DNA from: Azolla caroliniana | Lineage: Eukaryota; Plantae; Polypodiophyta | Assembly: GCA_043228905.1 (NCBI GenBank) | Contig: JBHGNT010000001.1 | Coordinates: forward strand, 13,082,001-13,146,000 | Length of the DNA stretch: 64,000 nt | Direction: 5' to 3' | Shown: positions 1-18,923 of the stretch, one piece after another | Layout: each line of letters starts with the position of its first letter | How positions within the stretch are numbered: position 1 is the first letter of the stretch | Made by a program: the position numbers and the translations under genes | The notes under the pieces: generated by a model | Databases searched by the model: none | Told to the model about the DNA's origin: nothing | Seen by the model: only the letters and a program-made list of their open reading frames with translations

Positions 1-1242
1 CCACCTACTTCAACATTCCTTCGATTAGGACAAGTACAAGTGTTGCTTTGCAAAGTTAAGAGAGCCTTTATGAATAGGTTGGTTTTGCAAGAAGATTACG
101 CAAAAGATATTATATAGGAGTGAAAGTGACGCGGTGTGATTTGGTCGAGATCTGGAACGAGAGGTGGTGGCATACACACAAGAGAGTTGTTTACGTTAAT
201 GTGATGCATATAACGTTCCAAAAAACAATGATAGGCTTTTGATTTCAAACTATCATTTGGCAATGCCCATGACTTGCCAATAGATCTTGACACATGGAGA
301 TGTAACATTTTCATTAGTCTCGCTTTCTCTTTGTGGTAGATATGTTTCATCATCACTTAATCTTTTGGCAAGATTTACATGGGTTAATCCAAATGGTGAG
401 ACATCTCACTGGTCGAGAAGCAAATATTCCCACAAACGGTGAAATTTGGTGCCCTATGAATTTAGGGTTTTCCAAAGTGAAGAACTGGAAAGTATGTAGT
501 TGGAAAGGAAGGTCTGCAATTTTTTACGAGTTAGATATGTTTGCTAGTTAGGAAAAGCAACCCATCTTTCCAATCAAAGCAGTTGGGACCAGTAGATATT
601 TCAATGTTTGGTTCTAAATCATAAATGATGCAACACAATTACTCTATATAACCTTGAACTTCCAAGTTTGTAAGAAGGTTGATTTGTGCTACCCACCAGT
701 GACCACCAATAACAAAACATGGGGGTGAATTTGTCCTAAACAATTATACCATTATGATTCCAATCTCACACATTCGCAATATGGCAGGCAAAGTGATTGT
801 GGATTTGCTTTGTTGGATAGAATAACTTGTCCTCTTGAGTTGCATCTCAAGTGGGGAGAAGACGGATATTTTTGAAATGCAAGTATGAGATGGATGGAGA
901 TGGTTTCAATATCCAATGATTCGAGAGTATGATCCGGTATGGCTAAAATCTAAAGAAGCTAGGTGTTGTCTATACGAAGACGGGTGACTTTCTTTCCCCT
1001 CGTCCACTAAGCAATGTAGCTATTATGAACACTAAACGCTGGAAGAAGGAACAGAATCGGTGTATCAAGTGTGTTCACGAGGACGGAATACATATGCCGA
1101 ATCTCTCGAACCACTAAAGGCCACAATAAACGGAAGCAATTTAGTTTGAAAAGAATTTGATAAGAGTCACATATGTATGCATATGGATGCGTTTACCCTA
1201 CTACTTAGTACTTACTACTACTAGGCGGTCAATGGGAGGCCC

Positions 1243-1260
1243 CTACTACTACTACTACTA

Positions 1261-1297
<37 letters not shown>

Positions 1298-1305
1298 TCT
1301 CTCTC
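1243..1305. repeat. Compound microsatellite (TAC)n(CT)n(CA)n; other SSRs at about 1420-1530, 4337-4379, 12171-12270
   Basis: Directly visible simple repeats. Confidence 0.85.
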
Positions 1306-2244
1306 TTCCACCACCATTATGTTATGTAGCGAAAACTACATTTATGACCTCCCTCCTCCTCCACAATGCAAATTCAATAATACATTTATGAGGTATCGAA
1401 TCGAACTCAACATACAAAAATACATACATACATACATACATACGGAGAAAGAGAGAAGCGTTACACACACACACACACACACACTCTGCCCTGTTCCACC
1501 CCCCCCCCCCCCCCCCCCCAAAAAAAAGCCCTTTTAGCGTTACGCTCTATCTATCTATCTGTCTCCTCTCTATCTCTAGCCAGTCCACACGTGCCTCTCT
1601 CCCTCCACACGCACGTGCGCCCACATACACACACACACATGCGGTCGCGCAAAGGCACTCGATTCTTTTCATTTTAATTCTTTCCTCCTCTTCTTCTGCG
1701 TCATATACATACATACATACATACATACAATGATACATATCTTCTTCTTTAGCTTTCCAAGGAGAGAGAACGTGCCCCCTCATCAACAAATGTCTCTCTC
1801 TGTTATTAGCAAATGTCTCTCTCTGTTATTAGCCTCCATCCATCCTCTTTTTAAGTACATTCTTTAATTCTGCTACTCTTCTTCTTCCTACATTCACCCC
1901 CTCCCCCCCCCCAGAAAAAACAATTTTTTGTTGTTGGAAGAATCCATTATATATATGTAGGCGAGGTGAGGCTTCTCAACCCAAGTAAAAAAAAAAAACC
2001 AAAACATTTCCCATATGCATGCATGCATATTACACAACCTGGAGATAGATTAAGATAGATATGCAGAGACAAGCAGGCACGCACAGACAGCAAGTAATCT
2101 ATGTATGATTGATGAATGAATCTCTGTCTATGGAAGGGAGGGACTATTGCTACTACAATTACATGTGCTTCTGTGCTTGGAATTGAAGAGGGGAGAGAAG
2201 GAGAATAAAGAGAGAAAGAGAGCCACAAGGAGGATCAAAGAGAA

Positions 2245-2257
2245 ATGATGAGAGGAT

Positions 2258-2288
<31 letters not shown>

Positions 2289-4333
2289 TGTTCCTCCTCC
2301 TCCAGTACCATTAATCCCACGACAGGCTCCTTTCTTCACATTGCCTGCGTCCCTACCCCCTCAGCCTTCCATAACCCTTCCTGCTCTTCCCCCAACCACA
2401 ACCATAACCATCAATTCTGCTCCCCCCTCTAATAACATTAAGAATTCAACCACCAATGATCAATCCGCACCCACCAATTCTGCCACTGCCACTGCTTCTT
2501 CTTCTCATCTCACCCTAGTCGCCATCCTAGCCGTCTTTGTCACTGTCACTGCACTTGCTCTCCTTTGGTTCCTTGTCTACCTCATCAAGCGCCAAAAGCA
2601 ACAGATCCATCAGCTCGGCAAGCTTAGTATACCCACTCCTCCCCCTTCCCAATCGCTCGGATCCAAGAAGGACGTCATTCATCCATCAGCCCCGCCCTCC
2701 TCTAATCTAAGTGTTCATTGGAGCAAAGACTTACTACAAAGCCCTAAGAATCCTCTCAAGCGATGGTTGAAAGGTAGCAATCCTATTAAAACTGTAACTG
2801 TCAAAATACAATAATCCCTCATGACGCTTCTTTTAAAAAAAAAATAATTATAATTCCGTTGATTCTCATCATTCGTGATTTCAATTCATAGTTTGCAATA
2901 TAAAAAATCTAACAGCAATGCGGTTTTCATTTTGGTCACGCGGTGAAAATTTCCCCCCAAAACAATAACAATTGGGGATGACTAGTAGATTCTACCACAT
3001 TCCGAAGGTTCACCTATACCGAGATCCAGAAGTCTACTGATGATTTTAGCAGTGTGATCGGGAAGGGCGGGTTTGGGACGGTGTACAAGGCGAGGTTTGA
3101 GGATGGGTCAGTGGCAGCCATCAAGAGAATGAGCAGAGTCTCCCGGCAGCGAGAGAAAGAGTTCTGCCGGGAGATGGAGTTCTTGGGACGGCTCCACCAC
3201 CGACACCTTGTCACTCTCCGCGGCTTCTGTATCACCCGAACCGAAAGGTAAATTAATTGAGCTTGCGATCGTCTGTCTATAAGGCGGTCTTGCTCTCCGA
3301 TTGTGTTTTTGTTTTGTGTTTTCTCATTATCGCCATTGATTAATGACCAGCCACTTAAAGTTATTCCAATCCAATCAAAGGAAATCACCCCACATTCTTT
3401 GGATTTTTTTTTTGGATTGCCAGATTCTTGGTCTATGAATTCATGGAGAATGGTAGCTTGAATGAGCATTTGCAAGGTAAAAATATAATGATGCTTTTGT
3501 CTAAAATCGGAGGTAGAAAGAGAGAGAGGGAGAGCATATGCCATAGCTATCTATATATTATTATTAAGCTAGCTATCTCGGTATATACTACTACTGCCCT
3601 CTGTTCCATCGATTTTAATGATAAAATATACATAGACTTCATGACATTAAATTTGCCCTTGGGAAAAGATGTGCTCTTTGAAAGGGAGAATCCTAATTCA
3701 AATGAAAAGGAAAGGAAAGGAAAGGAAGAGGATAGGGAAAGGGAAAGAATGTTTTGTTATTTAATTAGTACGGTTTGCATTACACACATGTGTCTGTGTA
3801 CTAAATGCTTTCATATCTACACACCCACACCCACACATACATTACATACATTACATTAATGCATGCATACATACACACAGATAGACATACATCTGTGTGT
3901 ATTTATTTGTGTACCAAGGCACTCACTAATCATGTTTTTTGAAGGAAAAGGAAAGAAAAGAATATTTGGTTCTTTTGATTGTAACTACATATGCCCTGTT
4001 GCTTGTTTCTGTTGCTACAGGACATAGTAAGAGGCCTCTGGATTGGGGCACACGGATTCAAATTGCCATTGATGTTGCTGCAGCCTTGGTAAGTGTAGTA
4101 TGTGTGAAACAGACAGACAGAACAGAGAAAGGGAAGCAAAAAAGGTCTTTGAAGCACATACTGTCTGTGGCTATAAATATATATAATTGCCCCCATGAAA
4201 TCCTCCAAAATACTACGGATGATTCTGCCAAAAAGCCCACAAATATTCCTCCTCTGGTCTAAATTTCGTTATAGGTAGGTACTACTAATTTGCTAGATTC
4301 CCCTGCAGAATGTAGGGTTCGCGCTATAGGACA

Positions 4334-4382
<49 letters not shown>

Positions 4383-6220
4383 CGAGAGCTTGCGTTCCAC
4401 CCACTGTCAATCTAGTAACAAATCCCTGCGTGCATTTCTCTTAAGAAAACCACAATGCGGACTCTCAATTGCGACGCTCATTAGTAAATAAATCATCACA
4501 ATCGGTCGGTTTCCTCTGGATGTTTGAAATCTTCTTCATTCTCTCTTCAATTTCATGAGAATTGTTAGGAATTTGCGGGCGATTCTTTAAATCCTAGGGG
4601 ATAGTGGTATTTTGAGGGTTTCATTAAACGTAACCGATACTTTTTCGATTAAGGGTTCGCCCACATAATTAAAATCCTTAACTCCCTCCTAAATTTCAGA
4701 CTTCAAAATAATAAAGACTGAATTGATCAGCATATCTTTACTGATTTGATTTATTTTTTTCCCCCTTTTTTAACATTTATATGTTTGTACTAATCTTGTG
4801 GCAGGAGTATTTGCATTTCTTTTGTGAGCCCCCTCTGTGCCACAGAGACATCAAATCCAGCAACATATTACTCGATCAACATTTCTCAGCAAAGGTGAAA
4901 GAACAAAAAATAAATAAATAAAATCTCTGAAATTTGGGAGGGAAAAAAAGAGGGGTTGATAATCATTATAATAATAATGTCTTCATAAAATTCCCCATTC
5001 CACGGTACATGTGCCTTGAAATGATGGAAAAAGAAAAGTGTTTTTTTTTGGAATGTGTGATGCCTTTATACTGTTTTGAGAGCCCAAAAAACAGACAATG
5101 TATGCTAGTTTTCACGTGCATTCGGCATGAATGTCATACATATATTATTATATTTGTCCATAGAGTGAACATATGTCACTCGCTCCAAAACTTAAGTTTT
5201 TTGTGAAACCCCCCTTCCAAATTTAGATGGGATGTAACAAAGACATTTCCAGAGTGCCTTTTTCTTTAAAGTTGGCAGCTGCATCATGACCACCCACTTG
5301 AATTCGAATTTCTGGCTATTATATGCTAAATCACCTTTGTGTAAGGGGAGGATAGGACTTTTTTAAAGAGTGACATTTTTCATTATTATATACATGTGGT
5401 CCAAAAGTAGATGAATTATGTGTACATCCATGGTTAATGTGGGGGGAGAGAAATGTTTATTCATGCTGGCTGGCAAAAAAGCAGGTGGCTGATTTTGGTT
5501 TAGCACATGCGACTCCCATGATACCACCTTGCAACAATGATCATCAAATGAGCACAGATGTGAGAGGCACTCCAGGTAACATCTCATTAAAAGTTGCTGT
5601 TTTTCCCAAGGACTTCTGGTGGTAGCTAGGGTTATTCCAGTGTTAGGCCTACATTTTGATCCCAGCAAATCAATGGCACAGGATATTTGGACCCCGAGTA
5701 TGTGGTCACAAGACAATTAACGGTGAAAAGCGACATTTACAGCTATGGTGTGTTGTTGCTGGAGTTGGTGACAGGGCGGGCGGCAGTACAAGACCACCAT
5801 AATCTCGTGGCATGGGCACAACCCTACTTGGCATCTGTTGATGACAATAATGTAAATGGCACAGCCAAGTTAGCACTCATGGTTGACCCCACCCTCCAAT
5901 CACTGTTTGAGAGAACAGATGTGGTGGCATGCAAGCAACTACGGAACATGGCACGCCTAATCCACATGTGTACAGCGAAAGAGGCTAAAGCTCGGCCTTC
6001 TATACGCCAAGTCCTTGCCTTTCTTTATGACCGCTTTGATCTCAACTTTACTCACAATGATAAGCTCGAGAGTTTGGTTGCTAATATCGAAGAGAATTCA
6101 AATGTCACCCCGGATTTTACCACCCACCATCAAATGCCACCACATTCCCAACGTAGTACTTTCAGACCTGTTCCGCAGGCAAGGATGTCTTCTGTCAGGC
6201 CCTGTTATGCCCTAACTTAG
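2245..6220 (+). CDS. Receptor-like Ser/Thr kinase, URK-I / At1g49730-like, 7 exons, 542 aa
   Basis: Exons 2245-2773, 2989-3247, 3424-3476, 4021-4088, 4805-4894, 5485-5575, 5682-6220, all GT-AG and summing to 1629 nt in frame. Pro/Ser/Thr-rich N-terminus, TM helix ([24 protein letters not shown]), then kinase motifs [41 protein letters not shown]. The [17 protein letters not shown] and CEPPLCHRD motifs match the At1g49730 family as recalled. Confidence 0.9.
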
Positions 6221-6974
6221 TTTTGAGAACTTATAAAGCAAGTATGCACCTTAATCTCAAGTGTGCACAACTTGTGATGTATGATGTGGATGGTTTTCAC
6301 TTGTACTATTTCCCTTAATGGACAAATCATACTGACATATTCCTCTATACCCTCAAGTCTTTTTTGGATGATTTTATCCAAGTTGTACAAAGGTCTACAG
6401 TTGTATACAGGATTCCTTCCCTATACTCTTCTCACCTCTTTTCCAAGTTGAGACAAGGATCTAATTACCATAAATCTCACCTAAATGTTTCAGGTACAGA
6501 AGTTGTCTGTACTAGATAACGGTACTAGGTATTTTGAGATCAAATCATTGACTGACTAAATACATTGTGTTGTCAAATCTGTCAATGATAATCTGTTATG
6601 ATAATCCCCATCAAATTGAGTTAACAAGGACTATTTCATCATTAAGATTTACACAACCCAACAATCACAATTCAAAATTGGTTGCTTATTCTTATTCTTT
6701 AGTAACAACAGTCACATTTCTTATTAGTAACAACAGTAATGTTCTATAGAGAACAGTAATCTAAGCATGCCTATGATTTAATCCAAAACAATAAAGACAG
6801 CAATACACAAAAAATCAAGAGTTTATTGCCCAGACTGCAATTTTTAGTTCCAAGAATGTAGTAGCAGACATGAAAATGTACTTTTTTTGTGAAACAAAAT
6901 ATGCAACGACAAACCTCCATACATATAGAATATCGCCTTTGGGAGTTCAAAATAAGATCTATAATAATATGGAC

Positions 6975-11964
<4,990 letters not shown>

Positions 11965-12170
11965 GGCAGCAGGAGGATTGGAGCGGATTGGGAGAGAAAA
12001 GCAGCAAGATCTGTTGCGTGCCGAGGAGGAGTCTGCTCTTCTGTGTTTTCTCTCTGAAGGAGGAGGAGGAGGCGGCGAGAGAGTTGTGTTAAAAAGTTAA
12101 AAACCAGAAAGCCGTGTTTGTGCCCAGTTCCTTCTTAGTGAGAACTTAGAAGAGAAGGAGAGAAAATATC

Positions 12171-12213
<43 letters not shown>

Positions 12214-12764
12214 GCTGGGGACTCGGGAGGAGGAGAGAGGTGTATGTATGTATGTATGTATGTATGTATGCGTTTATTGTTTATTTGTTGCCTTTGTCCG
12301 CGTGTTCACACCTGCCGCCTGCCTGCCGTCCTTCCTTTGTGGGATGGGGCCTGGGCATTGGGATGAATTGATGATGGCATTGGAGAAACCCGAGTGCGTT
12401 AACCGAAAGAATATGTATGAAGAAACCCGCAAGCAGACTGAAGATGAAAAAGTGGAAGGGCCCGTGGCAACAACTTGCCTACGGTGGTGTTGTTGTCGAC
12501 TCGCGCCCCCCTCATACATACGTACAACAAAACTCCATCGATCCAAACAATGTGCGCTAGGCTAGGTTAGGCCCAATAATGGATTTGATTCTCTCTCCTT
12601 CTAAGATGCTTTGGATTTCCATTGTCTGAACTTAAGCTAGGCCTTCATCCTTTTTGTACACCTTGAAAGAATAGAATCAATTTGCTCGACCTCGGCCCAT
12701 AGAGAAAAAGAAAATGCGGTCGAGTCAGGTTGGGAAAACAAATCCCTCAAATGCATGGTTGTCA

Positions 12765-13045
12765 CTTCTTCTTACTCGGGTGTTGTGTCACTTTATCACT
12801 TCTCTCCTTGCCCAACCTACATATACCAAAACTCAACTCTTAGATATAAGCGACATTTCACCTGTTACTAAGGCGTGTCACTCTATCACCTCTTTCCTTG
12901 CCCTACCTACATATACCAAAACTCAACGCTTGGATATAAGTGACACTTCTCTATTACTAAGGTGTGTCACTCTATCACCTCTCCCCTTGTCCTACTTACA
13001 TATACCAAAACTAAACTCTTAGATATAAGCAACACTTCTTTGTTA
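12765..13045. repeat. Tandem repeat, about 3 copies of an 89-90 bp unit upstream of CDC48
   Basis: TGTCACTCTATCACCTCT...CCTACATATACCAAAACTCAACTCTTAGATATAAGCGACAC recurs at about 12786, 12876 and 12965. Confidence 0.85.
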
Positions 13046-13181
13046 ATGATGGAAACGTGAACATTGCTAAAAGGAAATCCCCCTCAAAAATAAATCAGTG
13101 GTTTTGTATCTCTTGGGCATTTAGTTTAATACCTACCCAGATGTTAATTTTCATGTGTAAGCAACACTTTTTCGTTGTGAC

Positions 13182-13665
13182 TAACAATCGGCAACCCGAA
13201 CCGCGAAACCGCGGTTTAACGGTTTCAACGGTTCGGTTCAGGTTTAGGTTTTTTTAAACGGTTTGGTTTGGTTTCGGTTTGGTTTCAACAGTAAAAAACC
13301 GTGGTTTAAACGGTTTAACGGTTTCTATTTTTAAAATTTTAAAATAAAATAAAATAAAATAAAATAAAATAAAAAATTCTAAAATTTGTTTTTTAACAAT
13401 CTTTTCATTTTTATACCTTATTCTCACATTTTAGGAACATCTTAAAAATTTTAGAAATTCTAAATAATGAAATATTATAAATTTTAAAAAATAAAAAATA
13501 AAAAATAAAAAATTTGACCTATGTTGAAAACCGAAACTGAACCACGAAACCGCGGTTTTTACGGTTTAATGGTTTAACGGTTTCGCGGTTTGGTTCAGGT
13601 TTCAAAAATTTTAAACGGTTCGGTTTGGACCCTCTCAAACTGAACCGAACCGTTGTTGATTGTTA
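13182..13665. mobile_element. hAT-type MITE (non-autonomous DNA transposon)
   Basis: TIRs TAACAATCGGCAAC / GTTGTTGATTGTTA. Perfect 8-bp TSD GTTGTGAC (13174-13181 and 13666-13673). Dense subterminal AACCG/CGGTT motifs around an AT-rich core. Confidence 0.88.
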
Positions 13666-15551
13666 GTTGTGACGACGTTTTTAGGGATATTTAGCAAAAT
13701 ACTATTTTCTCGTTGAGCTTAAGAAGAAGCATATTCAAGGCCAACCATATACGTAAATCACTCAATAAACAAATAAGCCCCCTTCTTAGCGATCCAAGTG
13801 AAATTTGGATTATTTACATATGTCTCCTTCAAGTATGTGAGACGTGAACACATGAATTGGTATTTGGAAACACCCCTTTTAGTTGGAGTCTCTCTCCTCC
13901 CCTCTCTCATTCAATCTTCAAGAATCAAGAACCTTAGGTCCAAATCAACTCTATTTGTGGGTGAACCCCTCCATACGTGTACTGAAGAGGATGGGAGAAA
14001 GCAAGACATGAACATTTAATGTGGTGTATTTGTTCCACTTATACATTTGTTTTATTGAGTTCTAGAAGCTTCGAAATGTCTTTGATCACTTTTGGAATTT
14101 TACAATGAATATCAATGTGGCATTCAAGAACATTGTATTACAAAATAAAAATGTCGTTATAACATACAAAGTTGGCCAATATTAACATGTGTAGACATGA
14201 ACGCCGATCACCTCACTGCAAAAAAAATCAAATATCGAGGTATTGGTAATTGACTATAATTATGGGAATATTATTGAGCAACCATGATGTATAGGAAGGA
14301 GTGAACCATGGTTCTTCCAAATGTTGATGTATCTACTATCAACAAGGTTGATGGAAGTGGTAGATAAATTGTGTTTATGATAATTACCAAAAACTTTCAA
14401 GGTGACAAGTTTATGTGTAGTTTTTACATATGTTCCAAAACATTTATTGCAAGCTTATAAAATCACATATTTTTTGGAGTGTCTTTTGTTGTAGGGAGTT
14501 TAACTAAATTTGATTACAGGTGATAGAAAGAACATTCCTGTAGGTGTTCACCATTCTTTGTACTTTTATACTATGACTCTTTGTAGTTTTTATTGGTCTA
14601 CCACGGCTACAACCTTTATAAGGTTGTTAGTGTAATCATTTTGTCATGGATGTACAAGTTTCTACTAATGAAGAAGATGTTTTTTTGGGAAAAAAAAAAC
14701 TAAATTTGTAGACTCATGTGATAGAAACTTCTCTTATTTAACACTTATAAAATACATGGGCTCTAAAACAATAGTGAAATATTTAGCAAACATGTGCATG
14801 AATATTTTAACAATTCATTCTTGAGAGGTGCATGCATTAGTAGGTTGTAGGAAATGGTCAAATTTGTTATATGTATTGCTGGAAGATAATATAACAACCT
14901 TTTCTTAATATTTGTTTTTGTGGTTGTCCAACGTCAAAACTTTTTAGTGGGTGTTGAATGTGTATGAGGCAAAGCTATCACACAACTCTTCACCACGAAA
15001 GTAGTTTAACAAATTGTAATCATTAGTTGAATATATTTGCTTTTATTTGATTACGAAAAAACTTTACAAACATTTAAATTCCTAAGACTTAAATGCTAAC
15101 GCTACAAGAATTATCAACATGTCAAATTCTTCTATCTAAAGGATATGAAACTATAATGGGGTGTTAACGTTGACATCATCTTCTTAACATCTTATCGAGA
15201 AGTCACGAGCTTCATCAAACTTCTCTTGAATTTATCAATATAGGCAGTCCCATCCAAACCTATTTGATCCAATCATAGAATCTTCTTGACGAGGTTGGGT
15301 TGCCAATCTACCAATGGATTATAATTTTTCAATGCTTTCCATTGCTAATTTATGATAATAGAACAACCCTCACACTTCTTAAAGGGAATAATTGAACATG
15401 AATTGACTAGTCATTTGGTAAGATTGAACCAAATATTGGTGGTGGGAATTTGGTACATACGAAAAAAACCTTTTGCTTGGGACTATCCTGCTTTTGTTTG
15501 TCCATGACAATAAACACACTAGTATGGTGGTAATGTATTATTGTCATACCT

Positions 15552-15786
15552 TGTTGAGCGAGCAAGCTCAACCGGATCCGGATCAGATTGAAATCGGTAG
15601 GCCGTTAGAGGCCTACAGATCCAACCTAGTACGTAGGCATATTTTTGGGAGTTAGTGACAGTCGCTCGTATGAGCATTGAAGTACCTGTCAGTCCTTTAT
15701 GGACTTGTATAAAAGTGCTCTCTGAGCACATTATATGTACAGAGTTACAGAGTGTTATTTTTTAATAGAGTTTTATGTTCTGCTTT

Positions 15787-15820
<34 letters not shown>

Positions 15821-17052
15821 ATGTATGCTAAATATTCTCAAGCTTCCATTGAACTTGTTTTCTATTCTCTGTTGTTGCCCGGCTAAACCGGCTTTGTCAA
15901 GCTTCCGCACGTTAACTTTCATATGGTATCAGAGCACAAGGGTTGAGAACATATGCAACCAACGAACGACTAGTGAAGACAAACCCTAACACAAGGTGAA
16001 GAACAAAAGAGAACTTAAGATGGACAGAGGAATGACAAGTTCACTTCCGACAGAAAAGCTTGACTGGAGCAATTATGCATCCTGGTCACATAAAATACAC
16101 TAGTACTTGTTGGGGCATGGATATTGGAGCTATGTGGAAGGAACCAACGAGGTAGCACCGAAGTCGGCACACAAAGACTTCCCGGAATGGGAGCAAGGAG
16201 CGAGCCGAGTATTGTACTGCCTCACGTCCGATGTGCACGATCAGATGCTCGGCTACATCCACCAAAGGAGGCGTGGGAAAATCTACGGAAGATTTTCGCC
16301 GCAAGTACCACAACCCGGCAAAGAGATATGTCGGTTACGGACTACACCACTAAGATAAAGGAGATTTGTCACGCGCTCGGGTCCATCAATGTGACGGTGG
16401 ACGAAGACAAGATGGCCCATATCTGTCTCGGTGGTCTAACACAACGGTATGGGCCAATCCGGACGACAATTTGCACCCAGGAGAAACCACCGTCCTTCTT
16501 CGACTTACAATCAATGTTGATGGTCGAAGAAAACCACGCTAGTGGGTCGAGGACCGCTCAATCATACAGTCGGATGTTGTAGACGGAGGCAGATCGACCC
16601 TGTGGGCGTGGAGGACGAGGTGGGTCGCCACACAATGGAGGCGGTCGGCAGGAGCAGAACCGAAGGCACAGAGATAGTGTCGACAACAGTTCCGGACCCT
16701 CGACAAGCAGGGGGAGTTAAGACAGTGCTGGAAACTGGCAAAGCCCGCACTACACAGAAGGATCGGAAGGATTCGGAACTGGGAAGACCAGAAAGGGGCC
16801 AACCTTTGTGATGAAGCACAAGGCCAACTTGATGAAGAAGACCACTTCCGGACCGGAGGAAGTGTGGTACATTGATTCCGGAGCATCTAACCATATGACG
16901 AGCCATGAAGTGTGGTTCTCGTTTTTAGAGAAACCGGAACAACCGGGGATTGTTGAAACCAGACACAACACCCCTCACCCAATTCTGCATGTCGGAGAAG
17001 TTCCTTTAAGCCATGTCGGACAAAAGGGAAAGATGATGAACGTATGACACGT
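15552..17052 (+). mobile_element. Ty1/copia LTR retrotransposon, 5' part (LTR 15552-15921, tRNA-iMet PBS, decayed gag-protease)
   Basis: LTR TGTTGAG...TTCA, PBS TGGTATCAGAGC at about 15924, gag from 16020 with stops and frameshifts, protease motif WYIDSGASNHM. Interrupted at 17053. Confidence 0.85.
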
Positions 17053-18563
17053 TGTCACAAAGTTTCGCATGCGTGTGTTACTTGGGCAGGACCACGGGGG
17101 TCTTGGACTTGGGAGTACTGAAGGGATAGAGAAGACAAGAGGTTTGCTTCACGACAATACTACTTCCAACCCCGTCCCGAGCAAGGGCTCGTTGCCCCTT
17201 TTGTGGGGTCGGTGGCTTTCGTTGATCACGACTCGTCGAGTTTTTGAGATCACCGCACAAGCCAAGTGATCAAATAGGTACAAGCAAAGATGAGCACGCA
17301 AGATGAACGCGCAAGGGGAAGATAACACAAACACGAATGCATGTACGTCTTTATGAGGAGGAGAGGTGCATGGGCATGCCCAAACGCTCCCTTGTCAAAA
17401 GACGTCGAACATACAAGGAAGACACAAAACACACGCATAAATGATCGTACGCCTTTATGAGGAGGAGAGGTGTATGGGCAAGCCCGAATGCTCCCTTATC
17501 ACAAGACGACCGAATGTACAAGGAAGACACAAACACACACACAAATGCTCGTACGTCTTTATGAGGAGGAGAGGTGCATTGGCACGTCCGAAACGCTCCC
17601 TCGTCACAAGACGGCCAAATGTACAAGGAATCTACACAAACACATGCACAAAATGCTCGTATGCCTTTATGAGGAGGAGAGGTGCATGGGCACGCCCGAA
17701 ACTCTCCCTCGTCACAAGACGACCGAAAGTACAAGGAAGACACAAACACATGCACAAATTCTCGTACACCTTTATGAGGAGGAGAGGTGCACGGGCACGC
17801 CCAAAACGCTCCCTCGTCACAAAACAACCGAATGTACAAGGAAGACACAAACACACACACAAATGCTCGTACGTCTTTATGAGGAGGAGAGGTGCATGGG
17901 CACGCCCGAAATGCTTCCTCATCACAAGACGGCCGAGTGTACAAGGAAGACACAAACACACGCAAAAAATGCTCGTACGCCTTTATGAGGAGGAGAGGTG
18001 CATGGGCACGCTTGAAACGCTCCCTTGTCACAAGCCGATCGAATGTACAAAGAAGACACAAACACACGCAAGAATGCTCGTACGCCTTTATGAGGAGGAG
18101 TGGTGCATTGGCATGCCCGAAACGCTCCCTCGTCACAAGACGACCGAACGTACAAGTGGACGAGAACAAAGAAAGAAAAAAAGAAAAAAAACACGAATGA
18201 TATTGGCTAAAGAAATAAATACTTGTTTGATTCCAACGCAAGAGGGCCCTTTATAAAATAGGGTTTGATTACAATGTGGCAACTTCTAGTTAACCACAAG
18301 CTCAACAAAACAAAAATACTAAATGCCCTTAGAGACAAGAGCAAATCCGAACACAGAGCATGAACACGATGAGACGAACACACAAGCACCACAAAAATGC
18401 CGATCCCAACGAACCATGACCACTCGAATGGCGAGCACACGAGCTCGCAACGATGAACGGGGTGAACCAACGTCGAACCAACGAAGCTCGGGCTCACGAG
18501 CACCGTAAACGAGCACTTTGAGTGCCAACGCGAAGAAGACGAGCACCTGGCAATGAGGGGATG
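17053..18563 (-). mobile_element. Probable gypsy LTR (3' end at 17053), possibly belonging to the pol remnant at 22021-23720
   Basis: Sharp junction into copia coding sequence with a TGTCACA terminus (minus strand ...TGTGACA), TATA-like element near 18250, internal tandem array. No partner LTR or TSD found. Confidence 0.5.
17310..18160. repeat. Tandem array, 8 copies of an about 105-bp unit
   Basis: GAGGAGGAG anchor at 17355, 17459, 17563, 17671, 17776, 17881, 17987, 18092. Confidence 0.92.
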
Positions 18564-18852
18564 TGTTACCCGTAGGAGTTGTAAGGGGCGGTATAAGGGT
18601 AAAACACGTTAAAGGGGTTGTTCCGTATGTGTACTGTATATGAGTATTGTTGTACGTTTTTAGGGTTAGGGTTAATGGTAATGATGATTATCGATGACGA
18701 AGATAGAAATGGTGGAGAGTATGATGGTGAGAGAGATTGAGATGAAGATGTTGAGAATCATTGAGAAGCATTGCGGGGTGGGGGGTGGTGCCTAGAATGG
18801 CTCCACTCCCCTCCCAAGGGGGTTCAACGTAAGGGGAGAGAGAGAAATATGT

Positions 18853-18923
<71 letters not shown>

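Noticed and set aside
1-1150. Possible decayed transposase or other coding remnant on the minus strand
   Set aside because: Only short broken frames, with no recognisable motif, TIR or TSD.
1157-2228. ORFs upstream of the kinase
   Set aside because: Translations of microsatellites (poly-Y, HT, P, K).
15150-15470. Possible LINE endonuclease remnant
   Set aside because: Similarity too weak to support without a search.
17340-18150. Hammerhead ribozyme array (GAAACG...CGTC in each 105-bp unit)
   Set aside because: The upstream core reads CTTTATGA, not CTGANGA, and a simple hairpin explains the pairing. The intervening sequences are not unique, so it is not CRISPR-like either.
18655-18675. Telomere-like TTTAGGGTTAGGGTT
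   Set aside because: Only two units and part of the LTR (also at about 21278). Not an interstitial telomere array.
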